A DNA stretch of 64,000 nt from contig CAYZRW010000001.1 in the NCBI GenBank assembly GCA_964480955.1, positions 49,650 to 113,649 on the forward strand. Reading direction: 5' to 3'. Under the pieces are notes generated by a model. The model was not told where the DNA came from. It searched no databases and saw nothing but the letters and a program-made list of their open reading frames with translations. The position numbers and the translations under genes are program-made. This document shows positions 18,001 to 27,658 of this stretch, piece by piece. How positions within the stretch are numbered: position 1 is the first letter of the stretch; each line of letters begins with the position of its first letter. Origin of the DNA: an uncultured Candidatus Bathyarchaeia archaeon (GTDB taxonomy: Archaea > Thermoproteota > Bathyarchaeia > 40CM-2-53-6 > RBG-13-38-9).

Positions 18001-18705
18001 TTGTCGCTAATCCCAATAGCAACTTTTCAACATAGAAAGAGAACGCGTCGTACTCCAACTCAGTCAGCGGTACTATGGTATCTTGCCCTCGAACGCCCCG
18101 CCAACTCGTACACATTAACGAAGCTTACAAAATCCAATCGAAGCAGTGTCCAGATAGCTGTCAAGAATCTGGTGAGAGACTTCCTAATTTCGAATGTGAG
18201 GACCATCCTCAGTCGGAACAGGGTTAGGAGTAAGGTATACGACCTGACCATCTTTGGCCTTTTGACGGTTCTCTCAAACACTCGACAGGAGAAAATTGTG
18301 GCTCGCGTTGCTGAGAAGCATGCAGAGAAGCTCCCTCTGATCCTTGGAAAGTGGCCTGTCTTCATTGAGAGCCATGTCGATCCTTTAGCTCTGAAGATCC
18401 TGAACAAGATGCTAAAGATAGAATGGAGTGGGGAACTTCGAAGGGAAAAGCCTGGAACCAAGACCTTCCAAACAAAATTGGCGGAGGAAGCGACAATGAT
18501 GTTCTATCTTGGCGCAGCTGACATACTGGATCCAGACGAGCTTAAAAAGTGGGTGACGGTATTCAAGATTGACAAAGAGATCGCCGACAAGTTCCTCCAT
18601 ATCTTGACTCAAGAAGAGGATTGGCATCGTAGAAGAGCAAATGAATTTCAGAAGCAGCGTATAGAGATAGCACAGAGCCTCCAACCAAATTCACGGGAGG
18701 CCTAG
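18001..18705 (+). CDS. winged-helix transcription regulator-like protein
   Basis: 234 aa. N-terminal wHTH (SAVLWYLALERPANSYTLTKLTKSNRSSVQIAVKNLVRDFLI). TTG start. Confidence 0.4.
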   Translation: MSLIPIATFQHRKRTRRTPTQSAVLWYLALERPANSYTLTKLTKSNRSSVQIAVKNLVRDFLISNVRTILSRNRVRSKVYDLTIFGLLTVLSNTRQEKIVARVAEKHAEKLPLILGKWPVFIESHVDPLALKILNKMLKIEWSGELRREKPGTKTFQTKLAEEATMMFYLGAADILDPDELKKWVTVFKIDKEIADKFLHILTQEEDWHRRRANEFQKQRIEIAQSLQPNSREA

Positions 18706-18720
18706 CTGATCTCCTCTCGG

Positions 18721-19194
18721 GTGACTGTGAGGGGCCCTTCTCAGAGGAGCAGTAGATTGAAGCTCGAGATCGAGCTGGTTCCTAAACCTCTCTGGGGGAA
18801 GACTCTGGCGAAGATGTTGCCGAGAGACGAATGGGAGAGGTTGAGAGTTCAAAGGATCCAGGAGAAAGGTGAGAGATGCGAGATCTGTGGACAGGAGGGG
18901 CGTGTCCATCTTCATGAGATCTGGGAGTATGATGATGAGAGGCATGTTCAGCGGCTTGCAGGGTTCCAGCTTCTCTGCGCCACATGCCACTCCATAAAGC
19001 ACTTCGGCCTCACCCAAAACCTGGCGGCTGAAGGGAAGATTAACCTAAAGCCCATCACCACACACTTCTGCAAGGTCAACAACTGCACATTCCAGGATTT
19101 GAAGAACCATTGGAGGTCAACATATGAGAGATGGAAGCAGAGGTCTCAGCATCAGTGGACACAGGACTTAAGCCGACTGAAACAACCCAGCTAA
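18721..19194 (+). CDS. HNH endonuclease
   Basis: CEICGQEGRVHLHEIWEY...FQLLCATCHSIKH fits the CxxC...HxH...N...LCxxCHxxKH HNH signature. Confidence 0.65.
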   Translation: MTVRGPSQRSSRLKLEIELVPKPLWGKTLAKMLPRDEWERLRVQRIQEKGERCEICGQEGRVHLHEIWEYDDERHVQRLAGFQLLCATCHSIKHFGLTQNLAAEGKINLKPITTHFCKVNNCTFQDLKNHWRSTYERWKQRSQHQWTQDLSRLKQPS

Positions 19195-19331
19195 GTTTTC
19201 CAACTATTCTTCTCCAGCTACCCGTGTAATCACTTCAATGCTTATGTTCGGACCGCCATAGGGCAGAAAGACCTATCTCAAACCAAGCTGTAGATCATGA
19301 GCAAAGCTGAAAGGTAGGAACGGTTGCCGTT

Positions 19332-20282
19332 TTGCCGTTCTGTTCCAGATGTGGTAGAGAACTGCAACCCAATTGGAGGTTCTGCATGCATTGCGGAACA
19401 TCTATCACTACTCCTATTCCTATACCTCCAGCTATCCCGTCTCAGCCCATCAAGGAATCGCATATCATAAGGAACATCTTCATCGGTGTGATGTTTGTCC
19501 TTGTTATTGGAATCTTCGCGGTTGCACTGTCTGTGCCGAGACCACCAGCAGTGCCTGGAGGCCCGACTGTGCCTCAGGTACAAGAAGGTGGGACAGTTAC
19601 CATAGGGCAACCATTCATCTTGAAGTTTGGAACAGATGGTATACCTGTCAAATTTGTTTTCGACTCAGCTTGGTTCACTACAACTCATGAGTACTATGAG
19701 GCAGAAAGCGGATACAAGTTCTTAATCGTCCAACTAACAGCTCAGAACATTGGAAACAAAGAGGTAATTGCTTTCAGCTGGTTAGACAAGTGGGAGGTTA
19801 CTGTAGACAAAGGCTATCTTTACGAATCAAAATCCAAACCTTCGCTGAACGTTAGGCCAGAGGAAAAGAAGGAAGAACACATCATATTTGAGATTCTTCA
19901 AGAAACAAGCCCCGTGGAAGTCGGATACTACAAGTTTCTCTCGACATCGCCAAGCGTAGTCCTAAGTTTGAAAGGAGTTGGCTTTGCGACAAAAACTGTG
20001 GCAGCAAAGGAATGGCTCACCATAGATTCTTATGAGTGGCCTAAGGGCGGAACTTTGACCATTCAGATAGAGAACTACGGGTCCGTCAGCGCCACGATTG
20101 ATAAAGTGTACATTGACGAGCTTCTTGCCTCTGATGAAGATAAGCTAATCAAACCCAAAGCTGTTGCCGAGGTTAAGTGCAGTAATCCTCAAGGGCTTTC
20201 TTTGAAATCCAATAACATCTACAAGGTAAAGATAGTGACTACGGTCGGTAACACATTCGAATCCACAGTGTACTACAAGTAG
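19332..20282 (+). CDS. Zn-ribbon / TM / extracytoplasmic beta-domain protein (DUF4352-like architecture)
   Basis: N-terminal CSRCG...CMHCG ribbon, one TM helix, then a domain with YKFLIVQLTAQNIGNKEV, which resembles DUF4352. Confidence 0.4.
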   Translation: MPFCSRCGRELQPNWRFCMHCGTSITTPIPIPPAIPSQPIKESHIIRNIFIGVMFVLVIGIFAVALSVPRPPAVPGGPTVPQVQEGGTVTIGQPFILKFGTDGIPVKFVFDSAWFTTTHEYYEAESGYKFLIVQLTAQNIGNKEVIAFSWLDKWEVTVDKGYLYESKSKPSLNVRPEEKKEEHIIFEILQETSPVEVGYYKFLSTSPSVVLSLKGVGFATKTVAAKEWLTIDSYEWPKGGTLTIQIENYGSVSATIDKVYIDELLASDEDKLIKPKAVAEVKCSNPQGLSLKSNNIYKVKIVTTVGNTFESTVYYK

Positions 20283-20294
20283 GATGATAGGAAA

Positions 20295-20849
20295 GTGGCT
20301 GAGAGAACCGCTGAATTTATCCTCGGGCTGATAGGTGGAATCTCAGGCATACTTGTGGCTCCAGCACTTTACCTTCTTGGAGGCGTCTGGATGGCTTTCG
20401 GAGGTCCAGCTACATTAGTGATCGCATCAATCGTGGGGGGAATCCTGTCAATCCTTGGGCTGATCGGAGTGGCATTCGTCAAGACTCAACCAAAACTATC
20501 TGGAGTGATCATGCTCATAAGCGGCATCCTGGGACTCATTGTTGCATTAGGACTATACGTAGGCGCCCTGCTATTGACTGTTGCTGGCATCATAACTCTC
20601 GTCCGGACAGAAAAGCCAACAGAGATTCCATCGGTACCCACCCCTCAGCCAGCGTATTACTGTACAAACTGCGGCAAGCCTTTGAAGTTCAACTCACAAC
20701 TCCAGAGATGGTATTGTGAAAGCTGTGGTGTCCGTGCCCCGACCAAGGATGAACTCCTACGATACGCCATGAAAGCGCTTGACCAAGGAGACACAGAACT
20801 CGCCAAGAAATTCATGGATCAAGCACGATCAATGTCTGAATCAACGTAG
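20295..20849 (+). CDS. polytopic membrane protein with a C-terminal zinc ribbon
   Basis: Four TM helices, then CTNCGKPLKF...CESCG. Confidence 0.4.
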   Translation: MAERTAEFILGLIGGISGILVAPALYLLGGVWMAFGGPATLVIASIVGGILSILGLIGVAFVKTQPKLSGVIMLISGILGLIVALGLYVGALLLTVAGIITLVRTEKPTEIPSVPTPQPAYYCTNCGKPLKFNSQLQRWYCESCGVRAPTKDELLRYAMKALDQGDTELAKKFMDQARSMSEST

Positions 20850-21288
20850 TCCAAAGTGAACTCAACCTAGACCGTCAAGCAATCACTAATCCATCTCTAT
20901 CTCTAACATTCGACGACAAAAGTAACAGATGATGTAGTTTTGGTTCATCTTCAGTTTCTCCTCTTTGTCTTCTCCAGCTCTTCGAGTAAAATAGTTGAGG
21001 ACTAGGCGAGGTTATCTGGACCATTGAGCCTGAGAGGCTGCGCATAGTCGAGACCACTGTAACGCATCTCAACAGGGCTCGCCAATGACCAATAGGAAAC
21101 TCACATTCCGCCTAGCTGATGATATAATAAGTGCATACACGAAGGTTGATAGAGACGGGTCGGGAGTAAACGGGACCGACATTAAGGATGCACTATGCCT
21201 AGTTGACCCCAGGCTCTACTTAGTCATTATCCATATTGACAGTAAGTTTATAGGGGGCTTGGTTTAACAATTAGTTTAACGAAGAAAC

Positions 21289-21582
21289 ATGACAAATGAA
21301 AAGATTGTTGGGTTTAGGGCGGATGATGAGGTTCTCAAAGATATAGCGTATCTCAAGATGGCTTTTGGTTGTGACACTGATACATCAGTCATTTTGATGA
21401 GCCTAAAGCTGGCTACCGAGTTGACAAAGGCGAGGGTTCTTTTGAAGGATGCTGAAACAAAGCAGATGAGCGTTCTTCTTGATGCGATCAGTGAATCAAA
21501 CAAGCAGTTGCGGTGGCTTTTTGAAAATATGGAGTTGATTAAACGTGTCTTGGGTCGGTCGGATTCGAAATCGTCCGGATAG
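21289..21582 (+). CDS. hypothetical protein, possibly RHH-like
   Basis: KIVGFRADDEVLKDIAYLKMAFGCDTDTSVILMSLKLA is a beta-strand then helices. Confidence 0.3.
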   Translation: MTNEKIVGFRADDEVLKDIAYLKMAFGCDTDTSVILMSLKLATELTKARVLLKDAETKQMSVLLDAISESNKQLRWLFENMELIKRVLGRSDSKSSG

Positions 21583-21986
21583 GTCATCATCCATCAAGCT
21601 GCCACCTTGAAGAGACTACTAGCTACTCTTAACAAAACCGCTCCCCATGAATAAGAAAGGGCAGTCCTCTAAGAGAAGTATGACAGATGCGACTCCAAGT
21701 AGCCAGCCTAGACTTAGAACCGCTGCGAGTGCACAGACTAGACGGCTATTGAGGCTGCCAAGGAACAGTAGGGACCTCCCACCTTTCCCATAATAGGGAC
21801 CGAGGCGCCGGAACAATTCCTTAAGATGCAGCTCCCCTATAGCCTCAACATTGAGATGGAAAACACTCCGCTTCTCAATGCAGTTCAAAACACCCCTAAC
21901 CAAAGACGCCAAACACACGTTAACCCCCTGACACTCCCAACTTTCATCAAAGAAACTTACTTGCAAAAAACAAGCAATCAAACAAC

Positions 21987-22315
21987 AAAATTTTTAGGAG
22001 TTTGCCGTCAAACCGTAAAACCGTGAAGCCATAAGTTTCTCTTGTATGCTCTGGGCCCTGATGGGTTACGCTGTCACCTGTCTTGGATGTTTGGTTCTTG
22101 CTTTTCTAGAGGCTGAGAAAAGACATTTGTAGGCTGGAAAATTCTTATTCGCTGCCTATTTATTCGTGAATTCACAGGCGAGGTTGAAAGCTAGATTGAC
22201 GCAGCAGGAACACAACCTCTCAAAGAGAAGATAACGATCTCTTTGCCAAATCTTAGGTATTTTTATGCTTTAACGGTTTTACGGCGAGTTTACCTAACCT
22301 AAAAATTTTGTCAAT
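21987..22315. repeat. MITE-like or origin-like structure: ~45-bp imperfect inverted repeats flanking ~240 bp of AT-rich non-coding DNA
   Basis: Left arm acaaaatttttagg...ccgtcaaaccgtaaaaccgtgaag and right arm ctttaacggttttacggcgag...cctaaaaattttgtcaat. The two arms are reverse complements over two 12-13-bp blocks. Confidence 0.4.
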
Positions 22316-22721
22316 AATTGCTAGGTTTGTTCTAGGTGCATGTTGGTTTCGTCAGCGAAAGTCAGGGTTCTGAAAGGTAAGTTGGCACTATGGCGTCCTT
22401 CTTGCTTGCAAGGAATAGTTGTCTAGGTTGGAGTCTGTAATGTGGTTAAGCGGTTTCTGCTTTCCTATTGTGTCGTCTACGAGGTTGAAGTTCATTATTG
22501 TTGCTGCTTTTTGAGATGTTCTTATTGTGTAGGTTCTTGTGTAACGTTGGTCTTGTCCTGTCAAGAGGGCTCTGGATATGGAGGCGTTTGAAACTTTGTT
22601 CTCTGCCGCTGTAGGATTCTCTAGTCTCAGAAGTGGCTCCGAATCTCCCAGTTAGGTTGGATGTGTAGGGTTTTTCAGAAGTTTCGACGTCGAAAGTGAA
22701 TCTTTATTCAAGTGGAATCAA

Positions 22722-23411
22722 ATGGATTGGTGGAGTTCCAATTGTGTCCTGTCTAAGGGAGAGGAAGGAGGGTTGACTACCGCACTGCCACCCACCCCCA
22801 ATGACACTTACGCCTTGTGGAGAGTAAAATTTCTCAAGCCTAAACCTTTGCAAAATGAGGTTTTGAGGGCTTTGTCTCAAGTTGAGAGATCAAGTGTTAA
22901 AGGTTTAGCTTCAGATTTGAAGAGGGACAGACGCTCAATTCAACGTTGCCTAGAGAGACTGAAAGACGACGGCGAAGTTCACGATGTATGGTGCCGCCCA
23001 GCACCTTGGATCAGCCCTAAAATCATTGCTCATTACCACTCTCTCCCAACTCACCTGAAGAGCAAGACCGAACATAGCTCCTCTGACTGTGAAGAGGTTG
23101 TGGAGGAGCCTTTAGGATTCAGGATCCTAAGACTATTCTCAAATTTCCAGTGCTTCACAGTCGGCAGCGTTTCGAAGTTGCTTAAGAAACATCATAGCCA
23201 AGTAAGGAAGGTTCTGAAGACTCTTCACCGGCATGGCCTTGTCGATTATACAGAACATAAGACTGGAAGGGACCCAGACTCTCTGGGAAAAATATGTTTC
23301 TGGTTTGTCAACGATGAAGGCCGAACCTTAGCCGGACAGTCCGTAAAGGAATATGATTGTGTTGTTCGTAGGCGTAGAGGCGGAATAGCCTATAGGCATC
23401 GGGTGTCGTGA
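22722..23411 (+). CDS. tandem winged-helix (MarR-like x2) transcription regulator
   Basis: Two wHTH units (NEVLRALSQVERSSVKGLASDLKRDRRSIQRCLERLKDDGEV and FRILRLFSNFQCFTVGSVSKLLKKHHSQVRKVLKTLHRHGLVDY). Confidence 0.45.
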   Translation: MDWWSSNCVLSKGEEGGLTTALPPTPNDTYALWRVKFLKPKPLQNEVLRALSQVERSSVKGLASDLKRDRRSIQRCLERLKDDGEVHDVWCRPAPWISPKIIAHYHSLPTHLKSKTEHSSSDCEEVVEEPLGFRILRLFSNFQCFTVGSVSKLLKKHHSQVRKVLKTLHRHGLVDYTEHKTGRDPDSLGKICFWFVNDEGRTLAGQSVKEYDCVVRRRRGGIAYRHRVS

Positions 23412-23458
23412 CGCGTTACCTGAAACTATTTGAGTTAGTTAACGTTGCTTCTGTAATT

Positions 23459-24166
23459 CTATAATGTACTGGGATGTGGTGTCTTTCCATCTTCTCTGAG
23501 ACGTGGAAACTCAAATCGGAATAACTCCGTCTCCGCATAGACACGTCCAACTAAGCCCCTATAATCTAGCATAGGTTGACGGGCTCGAACTGCGCTGAGG
23601 ATTTGTGATTTGGCGTCAATACTCACGAATTCCCTATATTCTGAGTGAATCACGCCTTCCCGGAATACACATTCTCTCATTTCTTGAGGATAGACACTTA
23701 GTAAGAATAGACCAGCGAGAGCTCTAACCGTGAGACGAAGATTCATCTTGTTGAATAAGACCTCAAGGTTATGCTTGAACTTCGAATACGCTTTGAACCA
23801 CTCTGGTGATTGATTGCTTGAAAATTCTTCGAAAGGTCTTATGATACCGTAGTCACGAGGTAAGACACGCACACCCAACTGTGAAAGCTGATAATGCGGC
23901 TCGAATGCTTCCCTGAAGTCATCTATTGATACAGTCTCTTTGTTGATTCTTGGATATCCTTCGTAGCCTTCATATTTGGCCATGCGATAAAAGGCGGTTT
24001 CAATCCAATTTCCGACGCTAGAGGCTAGGGACGCCAACTCAAACGAGATGACTTCATCGTGCCTTTTGATGAGGGGAACGAATCGTATAAACTCAAGAAA
24101 CTTATCTTCAAGTTCGCGATATGCTGCCCAATAATCACTAACTTCAAGTGGTGTAGCGCTTTCCAA
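23459..24166 (-). CDS. hypothetical protein (element cargo next to attR)
   Basis: 235 aa with no clear motif. Weak Rx5H (REAFEPH). Confidence 0.3.
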   Translation of the reverse strand: MESATPLEVSDYWAAYRELEDKFLEFIRFVPLIKRHDEVISFELASLASSVGNWIETAFYRMAKYEGYEGYPRINKETVSIDDFREAFEPHYQLSQLGVRVLPRDYGIIRPFEEFSSNQSPEWFKAYSKFKHNLEVLFNKMNLRLTVRALAGLFLLSVYPQEMRECVFREGVIHSEYREFVSIDAKSQILSAVRARQPMLDYRGLVGRVYAETELFRFEFPRLREDGKTPHPSTL

Positions 24167-24347
24167 AAGGGTCCCCTCGCTGTTTAGCTATGTATGAAAT
24201 AACTGAAGATAAAGGTCATCGATCCTAGTTGATCAGAAGGATGTATAGGACAAATTATTGAGAGTTCTATACCCGTACTTGATCATGTGGTAGGAACGTT
24301 TTCAAGACGAGAGTGAGTGGGTACGTATTCAGTTCTAGATGATTAAG

Positions 24348-24366
24348 TCCCGGCGGCCGCACCACT
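24348..24366 (+). repeat. attR core (partial copy of the tRNA-Gly 3' end, T-loop not intact)
   Basis: tcccggcggccgcaccact, preceded by the degenerate ttaag instead of ttcgaa. Confidence 0.65.
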
Positions 24367-24455
24367 CTGGCAATGAACTAGTGTTGTTTATTCCAGTTTT
24401 CAACATGTGAGCAGGGTGGAGGAGGGTCTAAGAATGTTAAAGGTTCCGGACAGGG

Positions 24456-25100
24456 TTGAACTTATTTCTGCGAGCTTCCGAGCCATGTGACTCGAATCAC
24501 CCAGTTGTAAAGGCAACTGCTGCCAAGATCACGGAGGAGGCCGAGACACCGAAGGATGCAGCAATTGGGATATTCTATTTCGTTAGGGATAAGATACCGT
24601 TAGCAATAGTTCATCCTTGGAAGACTGCTTCGGAGACTCTGAAGATAGGCAGAGGAAGTTGCCTCACAAAAGCCACACTTCAAGTGGCATTGCTCAGGTC
24701 TGTAGGAATTCCCGCTAGATTTAGGGTTATTGAGTTCAAGGGCAACGACCCAGAGGAATGGCGGGGCATACTATCCTCGTTGGCTGTATCCAAAATGCCT
24801 GAGCGGTGGCCGCACTAAGTCGAAGTTTACATCGACGGTAGATGGACAATGGCGGATGCAACTCTTGACAAAGCTTTGATCCCAGATACCGAAGACTGGA
24901 ATGGTGACAACGATGTCTGCTCGATCAAGGACAGAGCAATCCTGTCAGACAAGGGAGCCGTCGCATTCATTGAGGAAGAAGCAAGAAAGCTAGATGAAAA
25001 ATATAGAACCCACACTTTCTGGGTTATGAATGGCTATGAGTTCTTTTGGATATTGAATATCTATCAGAGAGTTCAACGTCTCAAGAACAAGCTCCGTTGA
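24456..25100 (+). pseudogene. transglutaminase-like cysteine peptidase-fold protein interrupted by an in-frame TAA
   Basis: The Cys motif IGRGSCLTKATLQVALLRSVGIPARF and the His/Asp region PH*VEVYIDGRWTMADATLD are in the same frame. A TAA at 24816-24818 sits where the HxWVEVY motif is expected. Confidence 0.6.
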
Positions 25101-25366
25101 AGATCAAGGGTAACAAGCGCGCGCTCCACGTAGTCTTCTCTATTGATTCTTCTGTGCTCGTTCGTTCTTCATCTTGGACGGAGATTCGCTCTTCGACGAG
25201 TTCTTTCTCAGACTTGGCCTTCCGGCCAGATGATTGTGATCGTCTAGTGTGGATTACGCCAATAGTTGTGCCATATCTTCCAGATGTCACCTTGCAGATT
25301 GGTAACTTTATTGAGGAGGATGCGGTTCTAAGATGTAGTCTTGGGTGGCGATCCCGGGTAATCCAA

Positions 25367-27508
25367 ATGAAGATACCGACGCACCTGAATTATTTGCAAA
25401 AATGGGTTCTACTGGGAGCCATCATAGGATCAGTCTCCGGGATAGTTGCTGGCGTTTTCTATCTTCTTCTAAAGTCAAGCTCCAGCTTCTTCTTAGGTTA
25501 TGTTGGCAACTATTTCCCACCTGTAGCTGGCGGGGAGGGTCCGAGTGTCTCGCATACAGGGGAGGTTAGATGGTGGATCCTTGCCTTGATTCCAGCCATC
25601 GGAGGATTACTATCCGGTTTCATTATCTTTCAATGGTCTCCTGAGGCTGAGGGTCATGGGACCGATGCTGTGATCAATTCCTTTCATAGATTCGCAGGCA
25701 GGATCAGGAAAAGAGTTCCAATCATAAAATCTGTAGCCTCTATCTTGACGATAGGCAGCGGAGGAAGTGCTGGGAGAGAAGGGCCTGTGGCTCAAATATG
25801 CTCAGGCTTCTCTTCTTGGTTGGCTAACGCTCTAGGATTGAGCGATCGTGACCGGAGAATCATGTTGGTATGTGGCGCTGCGGCAGGCATAGGCAGCATC
25901 TTCAAGGCTCCCTTTGGGGGAGCAATATTCGCTATAGAAGTCCTGTATAGAAGGGATTTCGAGGTAGATGCTTTAATACCCTCATTCGTCTCGTCAGCAG
26001 TAGCATATTCGGTTTTTACATCCATTCCAGGTATAGGCTTTGAACCAATCTTCACTATCAAAGAAATCATGTTCACCAATCCCATCAACCTTCTCTTCTA
26101 CCTGATTTTGGGGATCGCCTGCGGTTTGCTCTCGATAGTATATGTTCTAGTCTTCTATGGTTTTCGAGACAGAATCTTTGGGCGGTTAAATATTCCCGCT
26201 CATCTCAAACCTGCAATTGGGGGAGGAATGCTCGGCATCCTTGCCCTATTTCTACCAGCATCGCTGGGCGGAGGGTACGGCTGGACCCAAGAGGCTATCT
26301 TCGGAAAGCTATCAGTCACCTTTATGATGATCTTGGTCTTCGCCAAGATCATAGCCACCAGCTTTACGATCAGCTCCGGTGGAAGCGGAGGTGTCTTCGC
26401 TCCCTCACTAGTCATAGGATGCATGATCGGCGGGGTTTTCGGGAAGTCTTTGGAGACTTTAGTGCCCATGATAAATCAAGAAGCGTTCGTATTGGTCGGG
26501 ATGGCTGCCTTCTTCGCTGGGGCAGGCAAGGTACCCATAGCCGCCATGGTCATGGTTTCAGAGATGACGAGAGACTACTTGCTCCTTGTACCTCTAATGT
26601 TGGCCTGCGCCACATCCTACATCATTTCTGGAAGATGGACGATATATGAGAATCAAGTCACTAACCGAGCCATGTCACCAGCTCACAGAGGAGAATTCAG
26701 CGTCGACATACTTGAGGAAGTCGAGGTTGAAAAGGTGGCGACCAAGAAGGTTGTGACGGTCTCGCCTGAAGACAACATATTCGACGTATCAAATTTGATA
26801 GCTTCAACCGGACATTTAGCATATCCAGTCGTTAGTGATGATAAGCTGATTGGAATCATATCTTACAATGACGTGCTGAAGATTCCTCATGATAAGGCTG
26901 CCTCAACTAGAATTAGGGAAGTCATGCAGCCGAAAGTTGCTGTATGCAGGCCCGACGAAAGTTTAGCAGTGGCCCTGAGACGTATGGATGAATCCGGTTA
27001 TGGACATCTCCCAGTAGTAGACATACATGATCCAAGCAGATTGGTTGGCATACTGAGTAAGAGGGATTTGATCAGGGGGCATGAGGCGTACAAGAGGGGG
27101 ATAGTATTCGAACATATCGATGTCTTGGATAGGGTTAAGGTGGAGGAGGTTATGCAGAGGGATTATGTAGCCATAGATTCAGACACCCACGTATTGAGTT
27201 TGGCACATATAATGTCCAAACGCCTGTTCATTGACTATCCAGTCCTAGAAGATGGAAAACTTGTAGGGGTCGTCGACATCTCTAAGCTGATAGACGCCAT
27301 CGTCAATAGGCACGATATACCGGTCAAAGAGATCGTTAACACAAGGACTCTTGTATCTTATCCTGAAGAGTCTGTTCACCAAGCCTTAGAGAAGATGTAT
27401 CGCAGCAACATTGGAGTGCTACCCGTAGTAGACAAGAAGAGACCCTTCAAACTACTAGGGGTGCTTACCAGAGCTGATGTGCTTCGGGCCTATGAGATGA
27501 AGCGTTAA
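25367..27508 (+). CDS. ClC-family chloride channel / H+-Cl- antiporter with four C-terminal CBS domains
   Basis: GSGGSAGREGP, GGAIFAIE and GGVFAPSL ClC motifs, then four CBS repeats. The start is taken at MKIPTHL (25367). ORF 25046.. extends 107 codons further upstream without homology. Confidence 0.7.
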   Translation: MKIPTHLNYLQKWVLLGAIIGSVSGIVAGVFYLLLKSSSSFFLGYVGNYFPPVAGGEGPSVSHTGEVRWWILALIPAIGGLLSGFIIFQWSPEAEGHGTDAVINSFHRFAGRIRKRVPIIKSVASILTIGSGGSAGREGPVAQICSGFSSWLANALGLSDRDRRIMLVCGAAAGIGSIFKAPFGGAIFAIEVLYRRDFEVDALIPSFVSSAVAYSVFTSIPGIGFEPIFTIKEIMFTNPINLLFYLILGIACGLLSIVYVLVFYGFRDRIFGRLNIPAHLKPAIGGGMLGILALFLPASLGGGYGWTQEAIFGKLSVTFMMILVFAKIIATSFTISSGGSGGVFAPSLVIGCMIGGVFGKSLETLVPMINQEAFVLVGMAAFFAGAGKVPIAAMVMVSEMTRDYLLLVPLMLACATSYIISGRWTIYENQVTNRAMSPAHRGEFSVDILEEVEVEKVATKKVVTVSPEDNIFDVSNLIASTGHLAYPVVSDDKLIGIISYNDVLKIPHDKAASTRIREVMQPKVAVCRPDESLAVALRRMDESGYGHLPVVDIHDPSRLVGILSKRDLIRGHEAYKRGIVFEHIDVLDRVKVEEVMQRDYVAIDSDTHVLSLAHIMSKRLFIDYPVLEDGKLVGVVDISKLIDAIVNRHDIPVKEIVNTRTLVSYPEESVHQALEKMYRSNIGVLPVVDKKRPFKLLGVLTRADVLRAYEMKR

Positions 27509-27658
27509 AGAACTTCATTCTTGCGTTTCGACGTATGGATCTGTTAACCAGACGCACGAGCGAGTATGCCAAAGCAGATTTCCTCATAAGTATCATTTCT
27601 CCAGCGGCTCTCTTCCACCGTGCGCGTCAGCTTATCTCATCCACTCTTGCAGCAGTCT

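Larger units (their letters stand above)
12704..24366. mobile_element. integrated plasmid/provirus-like element (~11.7 kb) inserted at the 3' end of tRNA-Gly
   Basis: Direct repeat TCCCGGCGGCCGCA(CA)CCACT at 12704-12724 (the tRNA 3' end) and again at 24348-24366. Between them: an intact tyrosine integrase, an SF3-like NTPase, RHH proteins, an HNH nuclease and Zn-ribbon membrane proteins. GC is visibly lower than in the flanks. Confidence 0.7.

Noticed and set aside
17681-18115. Full-length 144-aa ORF 17681..18115
   Set aside because: The N-terminal 65 codons have no support and overlap the divergent wHTH gene region. An internal ATG with GGAGG spacing gives a clean 80-aa RHH protein.
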